A stretch of 63,469 nt of DNA, counting the filler, from Conidiobolus incongruus B7586 (taxonomy: Eukaryota), in the NCBI GenBank assembly GCA_000697335.1. It is 18 parts of 18 records of this genome, joined end to end, with 100 filler letters (N's around TTAATTAATTAA, not from the genome) between each part and the next. Parts side by side here need not be neighbours in the genome. Positions count along the whole stretch, not along the records: positions 51,583 to 58,890 come from JNEM01005846.1; positions 58,991 to 60,595 come from JNEM01005849.1; positions 60,696 to 61,961 come from JNEM01005850.1; positions 62,062 to 63,469 come from JNEM01005853.1; 14 more parts are not named here. The stretch is one strand, 5' to 3'. Both the position numbers and the translations under genes were made by a program. Below, in pieces: positions 51,844 through 63,469 of the stretch (its first letter is position 1; each line of letters opens with the position of its first letter). The notes under the pieces were generated by a model. The model saw nothing but the letters and a program-made list of their open reading frames with translations. It searched no databases and was not told the DNA's origin.

Positions 51844-54800
51844 AATATAAAAATTCAAAATTTTAAAATTAATATTAAATTATAATCTATTGATTTTTAT
51901 TTATTAAAAATTATATTCATAAGCTTTCTTAAAATTCAATCAAATTTCTATATCACAAAAAGTATCAGATATTTAAATAAGTTCATAATATTTAATTTAT
52001 AACAGAAATATTTATTATATTTAATAAAACTTATTAGTTTACAATAACTCTATTTAAAAACCTGGTTTATCATTGATAATTTATTAATTAAGCCTTAAAA
52101 GTCTATTTCTTCCTAAATTCAAAATTATCAATAAAAAAAATAATATTATTGTTAAATTTAAAAAATAATTTAACCAAGAAGTTTTAGAATAATATGAATT
52201 AATCTTTCAAATAAATATATTTAGATTCTTTATTTTATTAGAATAATATTATAATAATAACAAAATATTTTTTATTTTAATAATTAAAATTTTTTTTATA
52301 ATTAAAATTAAAAATTTTTTTCTAGTTCATTAATTTTTAATCAATAAATTAAGTAAATTTAATTATCAAAAAATTTTTATACTTTTATATAATATAACAA
52401 TAATTATTTTTTGATTAATGTATTTTGGAAATTTAAACTTAATAAAATCCAGTTAAATCTTAATTGTAAATAATTAAAAATAAAGTTGATGTGTACCTCA
52501 TATTCAATATAAAAAAAATCAAGAGTTTATGAAATCACTTATATTTATTAAATATACTTAAAGTTTTATATAATAATTAAATAGAAGGGACTTCAATATG
52601 TGTATAGCTATCGAATATATGTTATTATGTTAAATCTTACAAAGAGGTAAAAATGCCTGATTTAACTCCAGGTATTAGCTGATAAAACTTCTTTTAATGT
52701 GATTTTTGAATTATGTAATTAAATTTAGATAATCTACATTTTTGAATATGTTCAAAATTAGTTATACCATAAAGAATAAGAACTTTAATTTATAATATTA
52801 TACCTTAAAAATGAATACATTCTCTAATATTCTGATTATTGATAATATCAATATATTTATAAAATTAATATCAAAATAAAAACAAATAAAAAAATTGGAG
52901 AATACGCCGTTATTTAGCTTGATTTAGAATGCTGGTATATAAGGATTGTTTTGATTCTATTTTATTCAAATAAATATAACAGTAAAATTACATTCACTCA
53001 TAAATATTTGAGCTTGCATTTTCAAACCCGCCAAATCAATATAGAATTTTTTTATATTTTGCTAAGGTTTATCGCATTTTAATAATAGAATATTTAAACA
53101 CATTCACATTTTATCTATCTAACATGTAAAATATATTTTCTATAATTTATTAACATCAAAATTGATCAAATATTCAATAATTATAAAATGTTAAACTCAA
53201 ACAAATACTGTTTTTCACATTTATTACAAGTTTATGCATTGTGATTTTTGAGACTAAACTTGATTTCCTGAGTAATTATATATCTTGCAGGTTACTTCAA
53301 TTATAATCTATTTATAAACTTTTAATGCATTATAATATTTAGTCTATCATCGTTGAATTTTTTGTACATCCAAAATATGATCAATTAATAATTGTGATTA
53401 TTATAATATTTTAACTTTTTTATTTTTTTTGAATATGGTGTGTATTAGAATAAATCAATTAGATTGTATTCAATTATTATCTAAATATACCATCAAAAAA
53501 TCAACTATACATTCATATATTAATCAAAGTTTGAATTTCAGTTCAATTACATCATCCTTAAATCCAAAATTGTTAAATTCTAAATTAAAATTTTATATTG
53601 TATACCCTACTCTGTTAACTAATACCCCACTGTTCAAGCATAATAATAATATTATCATTACTAGAATATAAAGTATGAGTGAATAGTATTAATCTATTAA
53701 CATTGTGACGATTATCAATTATGTTATTTTAAAAGTATAAATATAAATATATATATAATGTAATAAATTTTTTTATTCAATAACACTAGAAAGTAATATC
53801 AAAGTATATTTAATATTCTAAATTTATTTGAATTTGTTAGTGGATAGTTGGATTAAATACTACTTTATAATTTTCTAACTTAAAGGACTAAACACTTAAT
53901 GAATAATTGCCCTAGATAAGTATATATGCCAAGTGTAATTATTATATATTAATAAATTAACAACTCAATTTAACACAAATAATGATCTGAATTAATTTAA
54001 AGTCTATTATCTAAATTTATAACAACTAGTTAAATTACATAGATAATTAGGAAATTTGTTCTTTTAAATACCTAAGAAGATTTTAATCTAAATATTCTAA
54101 ACTTTTAATTAAATTGCCATTTATTCTTAATTATTAAATAAAGTTAAGATGTTATAGATATATTTTTCAGAGTATATTAATTGTAGTTGTTAATATTAAT
54201 AATTAAATTTGACTAGATTGAAATTTGATATTAATAAGAATTACTTTTATTATTAATTAAAACTTTTTTAAAAAAATATTGTAACAATTTGTATATAAAA
54301 TCTAAAATGGTATTTAAAATTAATATCATTAATGATAAATTTTAATAATTTTGCCAATAATTTCTAGTGGATTATTCAAATTGATACAACTGCGTAAATA
54401 TTTCTCTAGGAATCATTTGGATTTTCACTAATTTAAGGATTTTCCGAGAGATCAATGCAAATATGCTGTGTAATAAAAATTTAATATATTACCTTTGAAG
54501 TTTAGTATTTTGTTAAATGCTGAATAAGAGTTCAAGACTGATAAATATTTAATACTGATAAACGGTGAAATATCTTTTTCCATTTGAGATATAAATGGAT
54601 AAGATAAAATATTGGATGTTATTTGATATTGTTGAGTTGTTCTATTTAAAAACTATGATCATAAAGTATGAACTTTAGTTTAAATTAGACCATCAATTGT
54701 TAATATATTTTACTTGAATATTATCATTATTTAATATTAATTTAATCAGATTGTCTCAGTATTAGATTTAACATAAGATTGTTTTATCACTTTTTCCACA

Positions 54801-56233
54801 TCATCATGATCAATCAAAAAAATAAAGATCACTTGATTCAAAAATAATCCGCAGCCAATTGAGCCAGGGACTTCTATAATAGGAAGTAATAAAATATATG
54901 AAATTCCTCAAACTTTTAAAAAATTAGAAGGTTTTTTATGAAAATATTGATATGGTATAATTAATTCTCAGTTACTAATTCGATTTAATGCATCTAAGCT
55001 ATACTTCCTTAACTTTTAACTATTAGTCTTGTACTGAAATGATATAAATTGCGTTATCTAATGATATATTACTATTATAAGATTTATTATAAATTATAAT
55101 ATAATATTAATTTAAATTTTAAAGATTAGAGTATTAAATATTTTTAATAATAGAATATATATTTTTTTATCATGTTAACAATATATTAATTAAGTATCAA
55201 TTACGAACATTTTAGTTCCTGAATATGATGATATTTGAATACGTTTTTTAAACTTAAATAAGCAAAATATTTTTTTCGATTCTCAAGGGCATGGTCATGT
55301 GATTGTGATTATTGGAGCAATTCAACCTTTGTTACACAGAAAATATCAGATTAAAATTAAAAAAAATTCTTTTATTAAAAAATATATTAATGATATTATA
55401 TAACGAATATGATAAGTTAATGTCCAAAATAGTAGAAATATTAATAATAATGTAATTTTAATAATTTATTTTGTCTAATTAATAAATTATACAAAATTTT
55501 GCATCTTTTTGAATAAGTTTAAAATAAATACTCATATTAAACACCAATCCTTTACAATTCAAAAATTAGGAATTATAATAATTAAGAAAAATGAATATTA
55601 AAAACCTTCAAATATAAAAAATAATAATAAATAACTCTAATGCGTTTTATTTTAAATATAACTCATATTGAAAAATAATTTTAATGAGAAAATGTAAAAC
55701 AATTGATTTAATATAGAGATATCCAACCAGAACCTGAATTGGTACAAATTTAAAATCAATTTTATTGAAAATGGAACTAAATTAGATAGAGTAAATTATT
55801 ATTTAGTTTTTTTAATTATAAACAACCAAAAACTATTTCTATAATATTAAATGATAGTTTTATAGAGTTAAATCTTAATGTAATGTTAAAAAGACAGTTC
55901 ATTTAACTTGATTTAACTTATATGTTTATATTTTTATATCGTATTAATTGATTAAATCCGGATCACTTGGTTAGGAAATACCTTAATTTTAAATATCCTC
56001 AATATGTCTTAATTTGAATAAAGTTTCTCACACTAAAATGATTGGGAAAATCGATCAGGTATAAAAGAGAGTTAAATCTATTGGATTCAGTCAATTTTCT
56101 GAGATTACCTAAATTCTTTCTCAAATTTATCTAACCCTTTGTTCAAATACCCTTTCACTTTTCATTAACCTTATTCCTTGAATATAATTTTATCTTTCTT
56201 TTCCATTTTATCTAAAACTTATTTTATTTATCA

Positions 56234-57408
56234 ATGGATACTTTATTCACTCAAAAAATACCAAGGATATTTACTAATCATAATAAATATGCTATACCTG
56301 GAGAAGAAAACTATCCCACAGATTCTGGAAATCTTCCATCTGTTCAACCTTTATCTAAACCAGCACCAAAAATTGTAACTGATGTAATATACGAAAATCA
56401 AAGAGGGTATGTTGTATCATGTATCAAGCATATCTTTATTCATTAACATAGTTTGAAATTAGATTTTTCTTACTTGGCGTGCCAAAATTTAGTCCATATT
56501 TATTGAATCCAGTAGATCCTCCTGCCTGGTGTGACAAAAACTGGCGCTCAATACCCACGGATATATCTTTATATCCTTTGCCTGATCCCTCCTGGGAGTG
56601 GATTGACGATAGATGGCTAGTTGATATGTCAGGGGATGTTGATCCTCTTGGGTGGCAGTATGCAGTACGATTCCGTGGTCACAACTGGCGAGGATACTCT
56701 AGGCCGCTACAATCTTTTGCTCGCAGGAGAAAGTGGATTAGGAGGAGAAGGAGAACCGACCAAGTAGATTCCAACGTTGAAACTGCTATTGATATTCAGC
56801 CAACAATCAGAAGTTCATTAGATATCCCATATGGCATTACTTCACCATCACCCACAGGCATGAGTGACGCCGCACCTGACTCTCCTCTAACTGCACCTCT
56901 TTCATCCAATCCATATACACCAATGAGTTCAACAACAAGTTTAACATGTGAACCAGATCAGAATCCAAGTCACTATCCTATGCTGATCGAAATCAAAAAG
57001 AGTCGCATAGACCGAGAAAAATTACAAATCATTCAAGACCACTTGATGAAAGGTATACAACTAAACGAATTCATGGTTGAGTGGATGATGGAAAATTTGG
57101 AATATGAGACTAGTCGTAAAAAATTACTCCAAATGATAATTGAATACAAAGCACAACCACAGTCTGGTATAGCAGAATATATCAATCGATCATCAACTTT
57201 CTCTCCACCCCAGTCACCTAAGTTGGCACTATCACCAAATGCACATCATCGCTTGAATGTATCTCACCAACATTCATATTCTGCCCACGAGTTGGGAGCG
57301 TTGTTTAGGTCCGGTTATGAAACTAAAACCAAAAATGTGAGCAATCGCAATTCTCTCACCTTCTTCTCGGACAAAAAGCCATTATTTGGTATGGATATTA
57401 ATGGCTAA
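56234..57408 (+). CDS. Dysferlin (DysF)-domain protein, Mug65/Spo73/Pex24-like, about 372 aa; exons 56234-56406 and 56463-57408
   Basis: A 56-nt GTATGT..ATTAG intron joins YENQRG|FFLLGVPKFS. DysF motifs DPPAW, YPLPDPSWEW, WLVDMSGDVDPLGWQY and FARRRKWIRRR. Confidence 0.9.
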
Positions 57409-59142
57409 AGTCATATACCAACGAAATCCTACTCTAAGGGTTAATCTCATTTCGCACTAACTTTCATTCTGGATTTTCATCTCAAACTGCCACATATGAA
57501 AAATACCTGATATGAACAATCTCTGAATCATATAATGTTTCAATTCGTTTCCACCAATAATTGAAACCAATTTGCCAATACTCAACTGAATTGGTTGTTT
57601 TACTTGACCAACTTACCTATCACATTTTAGATTCTTAATTTGGTATTTCATCCACTCTTTATGTCTATCTCTGTGACATTTGGTATGGATTACCACTTGC
57701 TCTAAACTATCATCACCACCATCATCATTTGGTAATTTTTTCATCACCTCAAAATAGTACAATGTCACGACTTATTAATACACATAAGTATTGCTTATGA
57801 GTGATTTCAATCTGTATGTTTGTATAAATAATAAAAATAACTCACTTTATTTCTGATATAACTAATTTCTGACAGGTTCATTTACAACTAACATGTTTTA
57901 ATTAATTTTTAAATACATCAGATAAAGTCCAATTTCCCCAACAATTAACCTTTCATTTTTCTGTTCAAATTGAATAGTTTTTTTTTTGATTTTTTATATT
58001 TTTTTCCTGAAGACATAATCAACTTAAAATTGACCAAATAGTTACTGTACTATCATTCAGATGTTGATCACATTTATAATGACATTAATTACTCAAATAC
58101 ATACAAAGTTTATTTTCAGTTTCAATTTGAAATATCCAATAATTTAATGAATTCTAAATAATTTCTAAATATATATATTCTTATATAAATATTTATTGAT
58201 ATATATATCTTTTGATCTTAATTAATCAACACTATTTAATTAGCATTTAAAAAAAATTTAATTCCAGCTTTTAATTTATTAATTTTTAATATATAAATTG
58301 ATATCAATAAAATTGATGAAATTTGAGCATTTTATTTGTTTTTTAAAAAACTTTAATCCCTCTTTTTTTTAGGGTTTGTAAATTATATATAAATTGACCT
58401 AAAATTTCAAATTTTAATTGTTTAAAATGAAATATATTCTTATAATTATTATTATTTGAATATCTTCTTATTTATTCTAATAATAATTATCAAAAAAATG
58501 TATAATTTTATTATAAATAAAGAATTTTTTTTATTGTATTAATCTTTTTATTTGGTTTAAATTATAATTATTTTAAAATTATATTAATATTAACTATAAA
58601 ATAAATTATTATTTAAATTATTTTTAATATTAAATAATATAAAATCAAAAATTATAAAATTATATTTATAAATTTATATAAAATATAAATGAATAATAAT
58701 AATTAAGGATAGAGAAAATAGGTCTCTTAATGCTCTAGGAATATAATAACTTAATCCTTTAATACTAAGATATTAAATAAAAATAATAATAAATATATTA
58801 ATAGCTAGGCCTTGTTTTATTAAATATCTAGTAATATATTTATATTAAATAATAATAGAATAGAATTCTTAATATTACTATAAGATATATNNNNNNNNNN
58901 NNNNNNNNNNNNNNNNNNNNNNNNNNNNNNNNNNTTAATTAATTAANNNNNNNNNNNNNNNNNNNNNNNNNNNNNNNNNNNNNNNNNNNNAAGCTTATTC
59001 ATATATTTAAATAAAATTAAAAATATAAAATATTAGAAAGTTATAAAAGCTATAAAAAAATTAAAAAAAAGTATTATATATTTGAAATATCTTAAATATA
59101 TAAAAAACAGTTTTAGGAATATCTATTGTATAAATTAATATT

Positions 59143-60481
59143 TATTTATAAGTATAGTGATAGTTAAACTAATATAATATAAAGAAAAACTTAATATAAA
59201 AATAATATAACACAAAATATAATAGGGTAATAGAAGATATAACATGAAAATACAAACAAAGTTTGATTAAGCTTTAAATTGGGATAAGCCACTAATATAT
59301 TTAGATTTATATTAGATAATACTAATATACTATAATATTAATAAAATATAGTCTTAATCTTAAGAATAATGTAAAAAATAAAAAATAATAAAAATTGAGA
59401 AATAAAAGAGAAATCTTATTGATTAAATAATTTAATATTATTTAAATAATTAATTTGATTATAAAAATGTAATTTAACTATATAATTTATAATTAATTGA
59501 ATTATATAGAAATATATATAAAAGTTTAAAAAATTAATCTTTTAATACTCCCTTAATAAATCTCTTAAAAAAACATAGTTTTTAGATTTTTACAAATAAA
59601 TAAAATAGTTTAAAATATTATTAATATTTTTCTAAAAATTTTTATATAACTTTTTTAATAAAATAATTAATTTATTTTATATATAAATAAAGCTTATTTT
59701 TAATAGATTTTAATTTAATTATATAATTAATATAGTATTTTTTTAATTAATAATTTGATTTAATTTTGGGGTTTTTAATCAATTAAAAAATATATTAAAA
59801 TTTTTAAAATAAGGCCTGATTTTAGATAAATGAAAAGTAAAGTTAATCCTCAAAGTTACAGATAATTTTGAGATAATAAATTTAAAATTTAAATCAATAA
59901 ATTCAATCTAATAGGGATTATAATATAATAATAAATATTTTATATTTAAGTTAAATCTAAATAAGATAAATATAAAAGCAAAATATTCTAGGTAAACAAA
60001 TATATTAATTTTATATTTAAGTTGATTTTTAAATTATTTTAAATATTATTATTTTATAATCTTTTAATTTTTTTTATAAAATTTAATAAGGGAATTAATA
60101 TATTTAATAATAAATTAAAATTTAATAATATAAAGGTAAGTTGATTTAAAATATTAAAACAATTGGTAAGTTACGAAATTTATTATAATTGATAAAATAA
60201 AAGTTCAAACCTGTTAATTTATTAATAATAATATTAAATAAATATTAAAGTTAATAAATATAAGTATTTTAATTTAATTAATTAATACTAATATAAGTTT
60301 TAATTATTTATTTTAAGGTTTTAATAATTCTATCAATAAGTTTATTAGTGTAGTAATGATTAATAATATATATAGCTAAGTTAATCTTAAAGGAAAAAAT
60401 AATAACTTTTAATTTTAAAAGTTGAATCATATATTTTTATTAAATAAAATATTTTGTAATATTTTATAATGAATAAAAATA
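59143..60481 (-). mobile_element. Second degenerate chromovirus copy: uninterrupted 3' LTR (about 59143-59547) plus integrase/chromodomain end
   Basis: Colinear with 34572-34868 plus 36440-37490 without the Tc1. LTR edge CTTTTAATA|CTCCCTT (PPT on the minus strand). Confidence 0.88.
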
Positions 60482-60595
60482 TTACCTTAAATTTGAAATA
60501 ATGGGAAATTTTTTAATTTCTGATTTTTCAAATATATTATTAGTTTGAAATGAATAAATATATACAAAGTTAATAGGAAATTATATATTTTTAAT
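60482..60595 (+). mobile_element. Mariner 5' end inserted in the gypsy integrase region
   Basis: Gypsy homology stops at ..AAAAATA and TTACCTTAAATTTGAAATAATGGGAAA begins. Confidence 0.85.
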
Positions 60596-60695
60596 NNNNN
60601 NNNNNNNNNNNNNNNNNNNNNNNNNNNNNNNNNNNNNNNTTAATTAATTAANNNNNNNNNNNNNNNNNNNNNNNNNNNNNNNNNNNNNNNNNNNN

Positions 60696-61930
60696 ATTAA
60701 TTAATTTTTTTTGAAAATTAAATAAAAGTAATATAAATTATTATAGTTTATAATAATAATTAAAACTCACTTATTAATAAAATATTTAAAGGAATTTATA
60801 AAAAAAGTTAATTTAATTTAATCTAACACTTTAATTTATATTTTAATAAAAGATTATATAAAAAGATTTAAAATTAATTAATTATAATTATTTGTTGGTA
60901 TAAATATTATAATAGTTAAACTAATATAATATAGAGAAAAACTTAATATAAAAATAGCATGGCACAGAATATGGCAAGATAATATAAGATATAATATATG
61001 AATATAAACAAAGTTTAATTAAGCTTCAAACTAGGATAAGTCATTAATATATTAAGATTTATATTAGGTAGTGTTAATATATTATAATATTGATAAGATA
61101 TAATTTTAATCCTAGAAATAATATATAAAATAAAAAATAATAAAAATTAAAAGGAAAAAAACCTTGTTTATTAAATATTTTAATGCTATTTATATAATTA
61201 ATTTAACTATAAATATATAATTAATAAATAATTTATAGTTAATTAAACTATATAGAAATATATATAAAAATTTAAAAAATTAGTCTTTTAATAATTATAA
61301 AAACTTGAATTTCTAGTAATATTTTAATAAGTTTTTTTTAACAATAGCTATTTTAAATACATTTTAAGATTTAGTTAAATTATAAAATATTTATTTTATA
61401 TTTTTATTTATTAATTTAAGCTTAAACTTTAATAAATATAAAAAACTTATAAAACTGACATCAAAGTGTTTAGATAATTCTTTAGCTAAAATAAAAAAAA
61501 TGCTTTTTAATATATTTTTTTTATTTTATTAATAATTGAAAAAATGATAATTAAAATTAATCTCTTATATTTTAATAAGTTTAAAATAGTTTTTTTTAAT
61601 CTTAAAATAATTTACCAAGTAATAAATTATTAATTTAAATAATACTTTATTATTAAAAACTATTTGTAAATTTTAAATGATTTTATAAGGTTTATGGTTA
61701 AGTTTTACTAATATTAAAATAAAAAACTTTTGATAGTTATTATTTAATTTAAATATAATTAAATTTAACAATTAATTTTAAAAAATTAATTTTTAAATAA
61801 GAAGAAATATAATATATATATATATTTATAATATCTTATTTATTTTGTATATATTTGTTTATTTAAAAAAAATAATATTTTTGAAAAATCAGTAATTAAA
61901 AAATTTCCTATTATTTTAAATTCAAGGTAA
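60696..61930 (-). mobile_element. Degenerate mariner (5' two-thirds) interrupted by a solo LTR
   Basis: Colinear with about 33665-34390 on both sides of the insert. Ends TTTCCTATTATTTTAAATTCAAGGTAA|TA. Confidence 0.85.
60896..61293 (-). mobile_element. Solo LTR (about 400 bp) of the chromovirus family
   Basis: Matches 59143-59547 end to end with no internal domain. Mariner sequence resumes on both sides, with a probable mutated short TSD (GTTG / ATTA). Confidence 0.8.
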
Positions 61931-62061
61931 TAGTAATAAATTATATCTATAATTTATTAAANNNNNNNNNNNNNNNNNNNNNNNNNNNNNNNNNNNNNNN
62001 NNNNNTTAATTAATTAANNNNNNNNNNNNNNNNNNNNNNNNNNNNNNNNNNNNNNNNNNNN

Positions 62062-63469
62062 ATTATAACTAACTATATTTAATTATATTACATTAGCTAT
62101 TGGTTAATATATCAAAACCTAAAATTTAACTAAGGTGAGTTATAAATTTGTAGGTTTATAAGTTAAAGGGGTATAAATAATAAAACTTATATATATTTTC
62201 TTTTTTTTTGTTATATTATATATATTATAAAACTATTAAGTTAATATTTTAAAATTAATATTATAATGTTTAAATCTCTCTCTAAAAAAGCTTACTTATG
62301 TATTAATCAACTTTATAATAAAAATAAATCAACTTGTAAGATTGTTAAAATTATTAATGTTAGCTAATCTACTATAGTTAGGGTTATTAAAAATAATGTT
62401 AAAAAAACACTTAAATTAAAACTTAAGTGTATTAAAATTATAGATAAACATGATGAAAAGTATATTTGTAGATTAATTAATACAGGTAAATATAATACTA
62501 TTATAGAAATATAACAAGAATTATAAGATTATACAAGAATATTAGTTAGTACTAATACTATTATATATACTTTATATTAGAATAGATACCACCTATACTT
62601 TAAGAAAAAATACCCCCAACTAAAAAAATCCCATTATAAAATTAGGTGGGAGTTTAAATGTTAACACTAAAGTTGAATTAAAACTAACTAAAGTAAAGTT
62701 ATTTAATCTAATGAAATAAAGATATATCTTAATAAATCTAATAAAAAAGTTAAATATTTTAAAAAAGATAAAAATTACTTTATAACCATTATATTATTAT
62801 AACCTAAAAATATAATGATAGGTTAATTATAGTTTAGGGATATATATTATCTTTAGGTGTAAAATATCTTTATAGGGTTAATAGGGGAATTATTACTAAG
62901 ATATACCAAAATATTTTAAATAATAAATTGAAAAAAACTATTAAGTGATATAGATTAAAAAAATCAAATATTATTTTCCAACAATATAATACACCTTGTT
63001 ATACTATAAATTCTACTATTAAATAGCTTAAAAATAACAAAATAACTATTATAAAATAGCCTCCTTAATTTTTTAATTTTAACCTAATTGAATATTTTTA
63101 AGATCAATTAAAAAAAACAATTAAAGCTTTCCCCCTAACAAAAAATTTAAATCAACTTTAAAAGTATATTTAAGAAGTTTAGAATAATATTAGTTTTGCT
63201 TAATATAAAAAGCTAGTTAATTCTATACCCCACAAACTTAAAGAAATTAGAAAAACAAAAGGTGGATATACTAGATATTAATTTTTCTATTAATACTAAA
63301 ACCTACAAATTTATAACTCATCTTAAATATACTTTTAGTGTTAATATATCAATTAATAATTAATTAAATTTAACTATATATATTATATTATAAATAAAAA
63401 ATATATATTAATTACATAGTTTAATATAAGTTTATTTAAATTAGAATTGATTAAGATATTAATAGAAAT
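62062..63469 (+). mobile_element. Degenerate Tc1 (DD34E), transposase relic 62266-63281
   Basis: ATG retained at 62266. Relics ATTTTCCAACAA (IFQQ), TAGCCTCCTTAA (ex-WPPQ), CTAATTGAA (ex-PIE) and AAAGGTGGATATACTAGATATTAA (KGGYTRY*). Confidence 0.9.

Noticed and set aside
53429..53671. 80-aa ORF
   Set aside because: Non-ATG start, I/N/K/L-rich composition expected from AT-rich noise, and no motifs.
56178..56378. 66-aa ORF
   Set aside because: Alternate frame over exon 1 of the DysF gene.

Overview
Very AT-rich eukaryotic draft scaffold, almost certainly fungal. The short 50-61 nt GT-AG introns, the non-Dikarya-type P3A ATPase and the 7TM receptor style suggest an early-diverging, possibly Conidiobolus/Entomophthoromycotina-like fungus; this is inference only. 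It contains 17 artificial 100-nt gaps with a TTAATTAATTAA linker. Seven host genes are supported: an OSCA/TMEM63/CSC1 channel (cut by a gap), a P3A plasma-membrane ATPase, two near-identical small secreted proteins, an MFS monocarboxylate-type transporter, a 7TM GPCR-like protein and a Mug65/Spo73-like dysferlin-domain protein. Much of the rest is dead transposons: a DD34E Tc1 family with IR-DR ends, a DD34D mariner family and a chromodomain Ty3/gypsy, nested in one another. All are destroyed by dense C>T/G>A transitions on both strands with few indels, while genes keep their CpGs. The main points of interest are (1) this RIP-like repeat-directed hypermutation in an apparently non-Dikarya genome, (2) an intact P3A ATPase lacking both the proton-binding Asp (Pma1 D730/AHA2 D684 to N) and its Arg partner (R695 to S), and (3) the duplicated amphipathic beta-strand secreted protein that largely escaped the mutation.
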